A stretch of 57,432 nucleotides of DNA. Origin: a virus (taxonomy: Duplodnaviria > Caudoviricetes). This document shows positions 25,943 through 35,637 of this stretch, piece after piece; position 1 is the first letter of the stretch; each line of letters starts with the position of its first letter. The notes under the pieces are model-generated. The model was not told where the DNA came from. It ran no database searches and saw nothing but the letters and a program-made list of their open reading frames with translations. The stretch spans positions 1 through 57,432 of IMG/VR virus record IMGVR_UViG_3300035703_000111; one strand, 5' to 3'. Position numbers and translations under genes: made by a program.

Positions 25943-26101
25943 ATGTCACTTATTTCACAACAAGATCGCCAAATGGCTATTGAGGCACTTGAATATTATG
26001 TTCAAAAACTTAAGGACGATAATTGCACAGATGCTTCCATCACAGCATTTCAAACACTCCTTAATTGGGTCGAACTGGAACATTTCAAGCATGAAAATTA
26101 A
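25943..26101 (+). CDS. small hypothetical protein
   Basis: MSLISQQDRQMAIEALEYY...LLNWVELE; start placed after the tRNA. Confidence 0.65.
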   Translation: MSLISQQDRQMAIEALEYYVQKLKDDNCTDASITAFQTLLNWVELEHFKHEN

Positions 26102-26264
26102 TCTTTGGTATTGCGCTGATATGAATCAGTGGCGTTGGACTCTTACAGACAATTCAAGACCTATTTGCCGTCAAGAATCTGGTCAAAGACCTTTTCTCCG
26201 TGACGCAATGAATGATGTAGCAAATACAGTAGAATATATGTTAGAATGCAAACAACCAGAATAA
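26091..26264 (+). CDS. small conserved hypothetical protein
   Basis: MKINLWYC..M.QWRWTL....QESGQ...LR.AM.DVA.TVEY. Confidence 0.65.
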   Translation: MKINLWYCADMNQWRWTLTDNSRPICRQESGQRPFLRDAMNDVANTVEYMLECKQPE

Positions 26265-26268
26265 GATA

Positions 26269-26832
26269 ATGAATTTGAATATTGAATATTGCCATCCATA
26301 TTTAAAATGTAATCTTCCAAAAGAAATTTTTGAAGAGATGAAAGTTTGGACTAAAGAGTGTAAAAAAGTAAAATCACATCCTTTAGCGGAACTAAAATCT
26401 CATGAAAATGTTGGATATATGCCGGGTGAAAGTATAAAACATAATTCTTATCAGTGTGCTATTCCAACAAATTTAGTTGAGAATTCTTTTTGGTTAGCAT
26501 ATACACTTAGAGCATGTGCTTCTTATTGGGGAGGAAATCACCGTCAATATAAACTTAGAAAATGGGAAGGACACTTTGACGGTTATGACATTTGGGCAAA
26601 CTTTGCAAATAAAGGAAGTGATAATCCAACACATAATCATGCTGGGCATATTTCAGGTGTAATCTATGTTCAGAATTTTGGTCACCCAACCATTTTTACT
26701 GAATATAATACTCAATATCATGGTCAAAATGGAACTATGATTCTATTTCCAAGTAATACACTTCATTGTGTTCTTCCTCAACAAATTAATAAAGAGAGAA
26801 TTACTTTTGCTTTTAATATTGTCAAATCATAA
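26269..26832 (+). CDS. 2OG-Fe(II) oxygenase superfamily protein
   Basis: IWAN....G..NPTHNH...ISGVIY...G...LFPS...H.V......RIT.AFN. Confidence 0.8.
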   Translation: MNLNIEYCHPYLKCNLPKEIFEEMKVWTKECKKVKSHPLAELKSHENVGYMPGESIKHNSYQCAIPTNLVENSFWLAYTLRACASYWGGNHRQYKLRKWEGHFDGYDIWANFANKGSDNPTHNHAGHISGVIYVQNFGHPTIFTEYNTQYHGQNGTMILFPSNTLHCVLPQQINKERITFAFNIVKS

Positions 26833-26854
26833 CATTACTAAGTAAAAATACTTA

Positions 26855-27475
26855 ATGAAATCAGATTTTTATATAGATAAGGTAGGTAAGGAAGAAATCA
26901 AAGAACTTCTTTATACCTATCACTATCTTAAAGACGAATCTAAAGATTTCAAATCTGGTTTCAATTATGGCCTTTTCAGATCCTCGGTTTCTGATATTCT
27001 GCGCGTTGGTGGTTGCTTGGGTACTTGTATCTTTACTGGCTTGCCCGTCCCAGAAATAGCAGTCGGAGCATTTGGTCTAGAGAGAAATCAGCAAGAAGGA
27101 ATCTATGAACTCTCACGACTTTGTATTCATCCAGATATTCAAAAAGAAGAGTATAATATCACATCTTGGTTCGTCAGTCGTTGTATAAGGAGATTTAGAA
27201 AAGATGCCCGCGTTCGTTGTATTCTTAGTTACGCTGATGCTAATCACCACTCTGGAGTTATATACAGAGCTTCTAATTTTAGTTACTACGGCCTAACTGA
27301 TAAGAAATCAGATTTCTGGATTAAGCAACCTGATGGTTCTTTTGTAAAGCATTCTAGAGGTCCTATTAAAGATCTAGAAGGTGAATGGAGAGAAAGAAGT
27401 AGAAAACATAGATACCTTATGGTTTTTGATAAAGAACTCAAAAAACGCTTGACATGGGAAGAACAAAAGTGGTAA
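26855..27475 (+). CDS. Mom-like GNAT-fold DNA modification protein
   Basis: HYL, ELSRLC, SWFVSR, ILSYAD...H.G.IY.ASNF.Y.G, KHRY motifs of Mom-family acetyltransferases. Confidence 0.7.
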   Translation: MKSDFYIDKVGKEEIKELLYTYHYLKDESKDFKSGFNYGLFRSSVSDILRVGGCLGTCIFTGLPVPEIAVGAFGLERNQQEGIYELSRLCIHPDIQKEEYNITSWFVSRCIRRFRKDARVRCILSYADANHHSGVIYRASNFSYYGLTDKKSDFWIKQPDGSFVKHSRGPIKDLEGEWRERSRKHRYLMVFDKELKKRLTWEEQKW

Positions 27476-27478
27476 AAT
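27449..27478 (+). promoter_or_regulatory. sigma70 promoter (extended -10)
   Basis: TTGACA-18 nt-TAAAAT with TG at the extended -10 position. Confidence 0.65.
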
Positions 27479-27483
27479 AATAA

Positions 27484-27549
27484 CGGCGATACTAAACCAA
27501 ACCCCTTCCGTGTGACTTGAAAACCTCCGAGAAATCGGGGGTTTTCTTG
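27484..27549 (+). ncRNA. candidate small RNA (~65 nt)
   Basis: No ORF between the promoter and a 12-bp GAAA-capped hairpin; C-rich single-stranded core CCAAACCCCTTCCGTGTG. Confidence 0.45.
27519..27549 (+). terminator. terminator hairpin
   Basis: GAAAACCTCCGA-GAAA-TCGGGGGTTTTC followed by TT. Confidence 0.75.
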
Positions 27550-27590
27550 TGAATAAATAACTTATAACGGAACTATAAGAATTAGTAACA

Positions 27591-30500
27591 ATGGGATTAA
27601 GTCGTCTTGATAATTTTCTGAAGTCTGTTCGCGGGAATTTAATTTATGTTGATCCAAATAGTATTGATGCTACGGATAGCATTGAAAATCAAGGAAATAG
27701 TTTAACCAGACCATTTAAAACTCTACAAAGGGCACTGGCTGAGACATCCAGATTCTCTTATCAGAGAGGATTAGATAATGATAGATTTGAGAAGACTACA
27801 ATTCTTCTTTATCCTGGAGATCATGTTGTAGATAACCGTCCAGGTTGGATTCCTGATGGTGCGAATAATTATCGTCTTCGTAATGGTTTAACTTCTAATG
27901 ATTTTCCTTCATGGGACCTTACGACTAATTTCGATTTAGAAACACCAAATAATGCACTCTACAAGTTGAATTCTATTCATGGTGGTGTTATTATCCCTAG
28001 AGGCACATCAATTATTGGTCTTGATTTAAGAAAAACAAGAATTCGTCCTAAGTATGTTCCAAATCCAGAAAATAGCTCAATTGAAAGATCTGCAGTATTT
28101 CGTGTAACAGGTGCTTGTTATCTCTGGCAGTTTACGATTCTTGATGCAAATCCAAATGGAACTTGCTATAAAGACTATACTACAAATATTTTTGTTCCTA
28201 ATTTTTCTCACCATAAATTAACGGCATTTGAATATGCTGATGGTGTTAATGGTGTAAGTATTGCGGATGATTTCCAGACTTACTCCACAACCAGAACAGA
28301 TCTGGATATGTATTATGAGAAGATTGGACTTGCTTATGGTTCATCTTCTGGTCGTGAGATTCAACCAGATTATCCTTCATCTTCTCTTGATATTCAACCT
28401 AAGATTGATGAATACCGTATTGTTGGTTCTCGTGGCGCAGAAGTTGGTATTACAAGTATAAAGTCTGGCAACGGAGTTATTCCAAGTACAAACATTACAG
28501 TTACTCTTGAAAATTCACTTGGTGGTCTTGATGTTGACACGCCAATTCGTATTGAAGGTGTTGGTGCAGCTGGTTATGATGGTCAATATGTTGTAAGTGA
28601 AGTTATTAGTTCTACAGAAATTGTCTATCAAGTTCAAAATTCTCCACTTGATCCACTTCCCCCTGTCGTAAGTGCAACTCTTAATATTTCTGTAGATACT
28701 GTAACATCAGCATCTCCATATATTTTTAATGTTTCAATGAGATCTGTGTATGGAATGTGTGGTCTTCATGCAGATGGAGATAAGGCTGATGGATTTAAGA
28801 GTATGGTTGTTGCTCAATTTACGGGCATCGGTCTTCAAAAAGATAATAATGCTTTTGTAAAGTATAATGCAACTTCTGGTGTATATGAAGACACTAATGC
28901 CTTTGGAAATGAAAATATACACACAGATTCTCGTGCTCGCTTTAAACCAGAATATGAGAACTATCACATCAAGTGTTCTAATGATGCATATCTTCAGTTA
29001 GTTTCTGTATTTGCTATCGGTTACGCAAATCACTTCTTAGCAGAATCTGGTGGCGATCAATCAATCAATAACTCAAACTCTAACTTTGGTGCAAAGGCAT
29101 TAGTTGCATCAGGATTTAGAGATAATGCATTTCCGAGAGATGATGTAGGATATATTACTCATGTTATACCTCCTAAAGTTTTAGAATCGGAAGAAACTAC
29201 AGTTGAATTTACATCTATTGATGTTGGTGTTACTACTTCAGTAGGAATTTCATCTCATTTATATCTGTACAATCAAACCAATTCAGCCTTACCTCCCGAA
29301 GGTGTTATTGAAGGATATAGAATTGGCGCAAAAGTTAATGAAACAATCAATGTTTTGATAACCGATAGTGGTACTGCAACAGAATATTCTGCAAATGTTG
29401 TAATGCCAAATACTCTGGATGTTATTTCAGAGAAAAAACTAACAGTTGGTAGAAGTTCTGTAGGTATCAATAGCATTACCAATAATACATTGACTCTTAC
29501 CTCAAATCATAATTTGATTAATGGTGAGAGTATTCGTGTTATTTCAAATACTGGACAACTTCCAGACGGAATTCAACCTAATCAGGTTTATTATGCAATC
29601 ACAAATACTGTTGCATCAATTAATGCAAATCAGATTAAGATTGCGCAGACACTAAATGATGCTGTTGCAGATAATCCGATTACGATTAATAATAAAGGTG
29701 GACTTCTCAGTATTGTAAGTCGTGTCTCAGATAAGAATTCGGGAGATATTGGTCATCCAATTCAGTATGATTCTACTCAAGGCCAATGGTATGTAAATGT
29801 TGCAACTGCAGCAACTGCAAACACACTTTATAGTGCTCTTTCAACTCTAGGTGTATCTGGTTTGGGAGATGCAACACCAAGAACTTATATTAAGAGAAAA
29901 CCTGATACTCGCAATATCATTGATACTGTTTACAGACTTCGTTATGTAATTCCTTCGGATTCTCCAATCACAGCAAGACCTCCACTTGATGGTTATATTC
30001 TTCAAGAGTCAAATACTTCTATAGGATCTACTTCTACTGAAGTTGCTTATCAGTTTAATCCATCAACGGTTACTCTTTCTAATTCGACAGAACTTAGAAA
30101 CCAAAAGATTATTGCTGGTGCCACATGGAATTCTACTGTAGCAACAATTACAACTGAACTTCCACATAATTTAAATGTTGGATCTGAAGTTGAAATTCTA
30201 AATGTAACCAGTACAAATAATACTTCAGGAACCGCAGATAAAGGATACAATGGAACATTCACCGTAGTTTCTGTAATTAATAGTAAGAAGTTTACTGTTA
30301 CCATTGCATCAAATCCAGGAACATTTACGAATGACACCTCTGTAAGAACAACTGATCTTCCTTACATAAGAAGAAAGAAATTCACCAATAATTATTACAT
30401 CTATCGTTCTCAAGAAGTTCAAAGTTATATTCCAGGTGAACAGGATGGTGTTTATCACCTACTCGTTGCTAATGCTTCCAATTCACCTTCCGTTGCTCCA

Positions 30501-33500
30501 TTTAATGAGTTAGAGTTTGCTCAACCAATTCAGAATCTATATCCTCAGACAAATCGTGATACTCCAGTATCAGATCCAAAGGCATCTGTTTCTTTTGCGC
30601 TTCCAGATCCAATTGGTCAGGTTGTAATTAATGAACCACAAAATAGTATTACAAAAGAAAGTTTAGGGAAGGGATTACTAGACTTTAATGTTGGTATTGC
30701 ACTTACAAACATTATTTCTGGTGCTGCTGGAACCACTCATACCTTTAACACTAAACAAGATCATGGTCTGAACCGTATTATCTCACTTTCTCTTGTAAAT
30801 CAAGGTGCAGGATATGGTGATGGTACTGCGTCTGCTAAAAATTATTTCAACGCACAGTTAATTAATGCTTCTGGATCAACAAATGGATTCAATGCAACTG
30901 CAAGAGTTAGTGTAAGTGCTGCTGGTACTATCACCGCAGTTAAAATAATGGACGGTGGTAGTGCGTATTCTGTTGGTGATCAACTCAATATTGTTGGTAT
31001 TGCAACTACTACTGGATTCTCTGTTGGTATCGTAAGTGTTACTGCAATTTATAATAATGTCGGAGATACTTTACTTGTTAGTGGTATTGTACCTGAAACT
31101 TTTGATGCATACAATAATTATTATCGTATCACTGGAATAACAAGTAGTAAAACAGTTAGTGTTGCATCGGCATCTACAATTAGTCCAGCCGTTACAACAG
31201 GTCTTGGATTAACTGTTACTGCGTTCTCTAATGCAATTCTAACAGGACAAACGCTCAATATCTCTTCCTTGGTTTATAATAATGTTGTTGGTCTTGCAAC
31301 AGTCACTACTCTACAGAATCACGGTTTGAATGTTGATAATAAGGTTCATCTTGGTGGAGCAGAAAATAGTTTTTATAATGGAGATTTTGTTGTAAAGAGA
31401 GTTGTAAATAATACATCTTTTGTAATTAATCCTGGTGTTAGAACAGATATTCCTGCAACAACTGGAAATAAATTTGCATATCAAAGTGGATTTGTTGCAA
31501 GTGGTGGCAATATCACTAGAGTTAATGAAAATCTTGGTGGAAGACAGATTGCACAATATGCTGGCATTACAACAACACTAGATTCTACAGTTAGTGATCC
31601 AAATTCATCAACTCTTAATGTTCTGAATGCAACTTCTTTAGATTTGAATGTTGGAGATTACTTACTTTTAGATGAAGAGATTGTCAGAATTAAAACAACA
31701 GTAACCTCTTCAAATGTTTCTGTATTTAGAGGTCTGTTTGGAACTCGTAAAACATCTCATAATTCTGGAGCAGTTATTCGTAGAATTAAACCAATTCCAA
31801 TTGAACTTCGTCGCAATTCATTAATTCGTGCATCAGGTCATACTTTCGAATATCTTGGTTTTGGTCCTGGTAACTATTCAACAGCATTCCCAGAAAGACA
31901 AGATCGCACCGTTACTGCTCAGGAAGAACTTCTAGCACAAGCAACAAAGCAGAGTGGTGGTATCGTAGTATTCACTGGTATGAATGCTGATGGTGATTTT
32001 TATGTAGGTAACAAAAAAGTTAGCTCTGCAACTGGTCAGGAAGAAGTATTTGATGCTCCAGTTCCAACGGTAACTGGAGAAGATCCTGGCGCAGGAAGTC
32101 TAAACATTGGTTTTGATGTCCTAACTCCTTTAGAAGTTTCAATCAGTCGCTCTGTAAGAGTCGAAGGTGGTCCAGATGCAAACATTATTTCTGAGTTTGA
32201 TGGTCCTGTAATTTTTAATAACAAGATTACTTCTACATCTGATAAAGGAATTGAAGCCAATTCACTCTTCTTACAAGGAGATGCATCAGTTTCTAGAAAG
32301 TATACTGTTGGTATTTCTACTCCTGTTCTTGCAGGAAATCCTGGAGATATTCAATATAACGCTGTTCCTGTAAGTGGAGATTATATTGGTTGGGTCTATA
32401 CTGATAACAATCGTTGGGAACAGTTTGGTTATATTGGACCAGAAGTTAATGCTGTTGGTATTTCTTCTGGTGGAACATATGTCGGTCTTTCAACTCTAGT
32501 CAATTTTGAGACAGGTCTTGGAGCAACAATTACAAGTTCTCATGATTCAGTTTCTGGAATTACAACATTAAGATTCCAGGCAAATCCATTGAATGTTGGT
32601 GTTGGTCTTGGAAATACTTTTGTCGGCATAGCAACTCAAATCAACTTCATTGGTTATGGAGTCACTGTTGGTATGATATTCAATGCTGGCATCGCTAGTG
32701 TTACTTTAACAGGTGGTGTTGGCGCAGGTGGAAGTAATCCTGGACTTCCAAATAATGCAGTTCAATACAATGATGGTGGATTTTTCCGTGGTAGTTCTGG
32801 TTTTACATTTAATGGAACTAATCTTGAACTGAATAATTCTTCTACATCTTCACTCTTTAAAATTGTTCAGACTGGAACAGGAAATGCATTCCAAGTAGAT
32901 GATGCTGCAAGTGATACAACTCCATTTGTAATTGCAAATGATGGTTCTGTTGGTATTGGAACCGCAACTCCAACAGCAAAAGTTGAGGTTGTTGCATCTA
33001 CACAAGAATCAGTTCGCATTAAATCTACAAGTGGATCTGGTAACATTGTAAGAGTTGATAATACCAACAATGATACTACGCCTGTTATTATTGATATTAG
33101 TGGAAATGTTGGTATTAATACTGTAAGTGCAATTGCAGCACTTGATGTTGTTGGAAATGCAGCTGTTACTGGTGAAGTAAGATATTATGAGACTGATAGA
33201 ACAAATTATGTTTCATTGCAAGCACCAACACTTACTTCTAATGTAAGTTTGACATTACCTCCTGTAGTTGGTGCCGCAAGTAGTGTTCTCTATACAACTG
33301 GTAGTGGAATTCTTAATTGGATTTCTCCACGAGCATTAATTGCTCTTGGCCTTACTAATACTGATAGTATTTCTGAAGGATCTACAAATTTATACTTCAC
33401 TGATGAAAGAGCACAAGATGCTGTTGGTTCTGCAATTAATGCAGGTATTCAGACTGGCATCACTGTAACGTATGATGATGCGAACAATCGTATTAATTTT

Positions 33501-33560
33501 AATGCTACTGGATCTTCACCATATCCATTCACGACTCGTGGATTTGGTTTTCCTCTCTGA
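27591..33560 (+). CDS. large virion structural/tail fibre protein (1989 aa)
   Basis: AATAAATA late promoter upstream; N-terminal IYVDP...G.S..RPFKT.QRAL beta-helix-type start; repeated H.L..G..V.I beta-barrel modules; VGI.T fibre repeats. Confidence 0.85.
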   Translation: MGLSRLDNFLKSVRGNLIYVDPNSIDATDSIENQGNSLTRPFKTLQRALAETSRFSYQRGLDNDRFEKTTILLYPGDHVVDNRPGWIPDGANNYRLRNGLTSNDFPSWDLTTNFDLETPNNALYKLNSIHGGVIIPRGTSIIGLDLRKTRIRPKYVPNPENSSIERSAVFRVTGACYLWQFTILDANPNGTCYKDYTTNIFVPNFSHHKLTAFEYADGVNGVSIADDFQTYSTTRTDLDMYYEKIGLAYGSSSGREIQPDYPSSSLDIQPKIDEYRIVGSRGAEVGITSIKSGNGVIPSTNITVTLENSLGGLDVDTPIRIEGVGAAGYDGQYVVSEVISSTEIVYQVQNSPLDPLPPVVSATLNISVDTVTSASPYIFNVSMRSVYGMCGLHADGDKADGFKSMVVAQFTGIGLQKDNNAFVKYNATSGVYEDTNAFGNENIHTDSRARFKPEYENYHIKCSNDAYLQLVSVFAIGYANHFLAESGGDQSINNSNSNFGAKALVASGFRDNAFPRDDVGYITHVIPPKVLESEETTVEFTSIDVGVTTSVGISSHLYLYNQTNSALPPEGVIEGYRIGAKVNETINVLITDSGTATEYSANVVMPNTLDVISEKKLTVGRSSVGINSITNNTLTLTSNHNLINGESIRVISNTGQLPDGIQPNQVYYAITNTVASINANQIKIAQTLNDAVADNPITINNKGGLLSIVSRVSDKNSGDIGHPIQYDSTQGQWYVNVATAATANTLYSALSTLGVSGLGDATPRTYIKRKPDTRNIIDTVYRLRYVIPSDSPITARPPLDGYILQESNTSIGSTSTEVAYQFNPSTVTLSNSTELRNQKIIAGATWNSTVATITTELPHNLNVGSEVEILNVTSTNNTSGTADKGYNGTFTVVSVINSKKFTVTIASNPGTFTNDTSVRTTDLPYIRRKKFTNNYYIYRSQEVQSYIPGEQDGVYHLLVANASNSPSVAPFNELEFAQPIQNLYPQTNRDTPVSDPKASVSFALPDPIGQVVINEPQNSITKESLGKGLLDFNVGIALTNIISGAAGTTHTFNTKQDHGLNRIISLSLVNQGAGYGDGTASAKNYFNAQLINASGSTNGFNATARVSVSAAGTITAVKIMDGGSAYSVGDQLNIVGIATTTGFSVGIVSVTAIYNNVGDTLLVSGIVPETFDAYNNYYRITGITSSKTVSVASASTISPAVTTGLGLTVTAFSNAILTGQTLNISSLVYNNVVGLATVTTLQNHGLNVDNKVHLGGAENSFYNGDFVVKRVVNNTSFVINPGVRTDIPATTGNKFAYQSGFVASGGNITRVNENLGGRQIAQYAGITTTLDSTVSDPNSSTLNVLNATSLDLNVGDYLLLDEEIVRIKTTVTSSNVSVFRGLFGTRKTSHNSGAVIRRIKPIPIELRRNSLIRASGHTFEYLGFGPGNYSTAFPERQDRTVTAQEELLAQATKQSGGIVVFTGMNADGDFYVGNKKVSSATGQEEVFDAPVPTVTGEDPGAGSLNIGFDVLTPLEVSISRSVRVEGGPDANIISEFDGPVIFNNKITSTSDKGIEANSLFLQGDASVSRKYTVGISTPVLAGNPGDIQYNAVPVSGDYIGWVYTDNNRWEQFGYIGPEVNAVGISSGGTYVGLSTLVNFETGLGATITSSHDSVSGITTLRFQANPLNVGVGLGNTFVGIATQINFIGYGVTVGMIFNAGIASVTLTGGVGAGGSNPGLPNNAVQYNDGGFFRGSSGFTFNGTNLELNNSSTSSLFKIVQTGTGNAFQVDDAASDTTPFVIANDGSVGIGTATPTAKVEVVASTQESVRIKSTSGSGNIVRVDNTNNDTTPVIIDISGNVGINTVSAIAALDVVGNAAVTGEVRYYETDRTNYVSLQAPTLTSNVSLTLPPVVGAASSVLYTTGSGILNWISPRALIALGLTNTDSISEGSTNLYFTDERAQDAVGSAINAGIQTGITVTYDDANNRINFNATGSSPYPFTTRGFGFPL

Positions 33561-33800
33561 TTAAGTTCCATCTTCTTTAATAATAGTAATATTATATGCA
33601 CCCGATGATGCAGAAAAAATCTGTGAGGGTGCTAAAAAAATTTCTTTTGGAACGGGATTTGATGTACTCACATTTATCGTGACATTTGCCCATGAAATAT
33701 TGATTGGATTTGCTATAAAATTTATTTTGACTCTTACATTCTGGCCAGTATTATTTGAATATGTTGGATTTGACAATCCATTAAGTATCTGTGCTGCCAT
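33561..33800 (-). CDS. small virion-associated protein (paralog B)
   Basis: GAGG SD; MAAQILNG.SNP.Y.NNTGQNVR...SGAYNI..IKEDG. Confidence 0.75.
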   Translation of the reverse strand: MAAQILNGLSNPTYSNNTGQNVRVKINFIANPINISWANVTINVSTSNPVPKEIFLAPSQIFSASSGAYNITIIKEDGT

Positions 33801-33801
33801 A

Positions 33802-34194
33802 TTAATTTCCATCCTCTTTAATGACTACAATATTATATGCACCTGATAAAGCACTAAAAGATTGTCCACTTGCAAGAGTTAATTCTACAGGAAAACTACT
33901 ATTCACTGGATCCAAGGTTAATGTACCTGATCCTCCAGATAGTGTTCCACTGATAGATCCTAATGAAGTACTAGGTGTGATAGATCCGCTGATAGTTCCG
34001 CTGATAGAAAAACTATTTGATCTATATGAAGGAGGAACACTTTTGCCAATAGTGGTTGCACCTGCGGTTACAGTTACACCTTCCCATGTCATGCTAGTAC
34101 AACTAGCCATGTAATTAATTAAAATTCTTACATTCTGACCAGTATTATTTGTATAAGATGGATTACTAGATCCAATCAACACCTGAGATGCCAT
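33802..34194 (-). CDS. small virion-associated protein (paralog A)
   Basis: MASQVL.G.SNP.Y.NNTGQNVR...SGAYNI..IKEDG; same termini as paralog B with a longer middle. Confidence 0.78.
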   Translation of the reverse strand: MASQVLIGSSNPSYTNNTGQNVRILINYMASCTSMTWEGVTVTAGATTIGKSVPPSYRSNSFSISGTISGSITPSTSLGSISGTLSGGSGTLTLDPVNSSFPVELTLASGQSFSALSGAYNIVVIKEDGN

Positions 34195-34218
34195 ATTAAT
34201 TATTAAATACTTTTCTAA

Positions 34219-34230
34219 TATTTATAAATA
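34219..34230. promoter_or_regulatory. palindromic bidirectional late promoter
   Basis: TATTTATAAATA contains TATAAATA on both strands, between divergent genes. Confidence 0.75.
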
Positions 34231-34258
34231 ACTAAAAGGAACAGGGGGAGAGTGAACC

Positions 34259-35611
34259 TTGGCTATAGATAAGAACTTTGTAGTAAAGCATGGTTTAGAG
34301 GTAAATACGGACCTCATTCTTGCAAACGCTACAACAAATCAAGTTGGTATCGCTACCACTGTTACAAAATACACTCTTCATGTTAATGGTGGTATTGGTG
34401 CAACCAACCTATCAGTAACAGGCGTAGCAACATTTCCTCAAGTAGTATTAACAGGATCTGTAAGTGCTGCGTCAACAACAGGTATATCTGGACAGTATTT
34501 AAAATCCACTGGAACTGGCGTTGTCTGGGAAAATTTTCCTGTAGGTAGAACATCTACTACATTTGTCGCATCATCGGGACAAGACACATTCAGTTTTGCG
34601 TATGCTGTTGGTCTTGTTGATATTTTTGTAAATGGAATTAAACTTACTCCATCAGAATTTAATGCCTCTGATGGAGTTTCTATTGTATTGAACACTCCAT
34701 GTTTTGGTGGAGAAGTTGTAGATGTTCATGCATACTCTGTATCTGGAATTGGTCTTGGTGGAACTGGAATCACTGGTTTAACCGTTCAAGATGAAGGATC
34801 AATTGTTGGTACTCCACAAGGCGTAACATCAATTAATTTTATTGGTGCTGGACTAACAGCATCTGCATCAGGAGCAGGATTGACTGTAAGTTTGCAAGAT
34901 GCTTGGACTCCAACATCTTCAGGAATAAGTACACTTTCAAATGTTGGTATTGGAACCACAAATCCAAGATTTGCATTAGAAGTTGGTTCGGTTGGTTATA
35001 ATAACACTTCACTTCATGTAAATGGAAATGCAAGAGTTACTGGAATTTTAACAGTTGGAAATTCTAGCATCACTCTTAATGGAGTTACTGATACTTTAAG
35101 TGTTCCAAATCTTATTGTTACAAATTCTTCCTCTGGTGTTATTGGTGCTGCAGTTAGCGTAAGAGATAATGGCACAGATTTAGGTCTTGCAGAAATCATT
35201 GATTTTGGTGAGAATGTTTCAGTATCGTTCGCATCTGGTATTGCAACTGTTACTGGATTTTCTTTCTGGGATTCATATAGTGTTGGAATTTATATTCATA
35301 CATTTTCTGACGTTGGTATTGGAACAACAATACCAACAACTAAACTTTCAGTTGTTGGAAGCACATCTGCTACAGAAACTACCTTTACAAATCAGTTAAG
35401 TGTAGGAACTGGCGGAACTGTAATTACTACAACTTCTGGTGGATTGGTCGGTATTGGAACCACGATTCCAACAAGTAATCTAACTGTTCGAGGAGGTGAT
35501 GTTTCTGTTGGTGTTAGTACTGCTCACGGTGTTATTCTTACATCACCAAATGGAACTCAATATCGTCTCATCGTAGCTGATAATGGTACACTCAGCACTA
35601 CTGCTGTCTAA
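34259..35611 (+). CDS. tail fibre-like protein
   Basis: TTG start with GGGGAG SD; KNFVVK.GL start; VGIGTT.P repeats; C-terminal LTSPNGT.YRL.V...G.L. Confidence 0.8.
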   Translation: MAIDKNFVVKHGLEVNTDLILANATTNQVGIATTVTKYTLHVNGGIGATNLSVTGVATFPQVVLTGSVSAASTTGISGQYLKSTGTGVVWENFPVGRTSTTFVASSGQDTFSFAYAVGLVDIFVNGIKLTPSEFNASDGVSIVLNTPCFGGEVVDVHAYSVSGIGLGGTGITGLTVQDEGSIVGTPQGVTSINFIGAGLTASASGAGLTVSLQDAWTPTSSGISTLSNVGIGTTNPRFALEVGSVGYNNTSLHVNGNARVTGILTVGNSSITLNGVTDTLSVPNLIVTNSSSGVIGAAVSVRDNGTDLGLAEIIDFGENVSVSFASGIATVTGFSFWDSYSVGIYIHTFSDVGIGTTIPTTKLSVVGSTSATETTFTNQLSVGTGGTVITTTSGGLVGIGTTIPTSNLTVRGGDVSVGVSTAHGVILTSPNGTQYRLIVADNGTLSTTAV

Positions 35612-35637
35612 TAAATAAAACATAAGGAACTCCAGAG

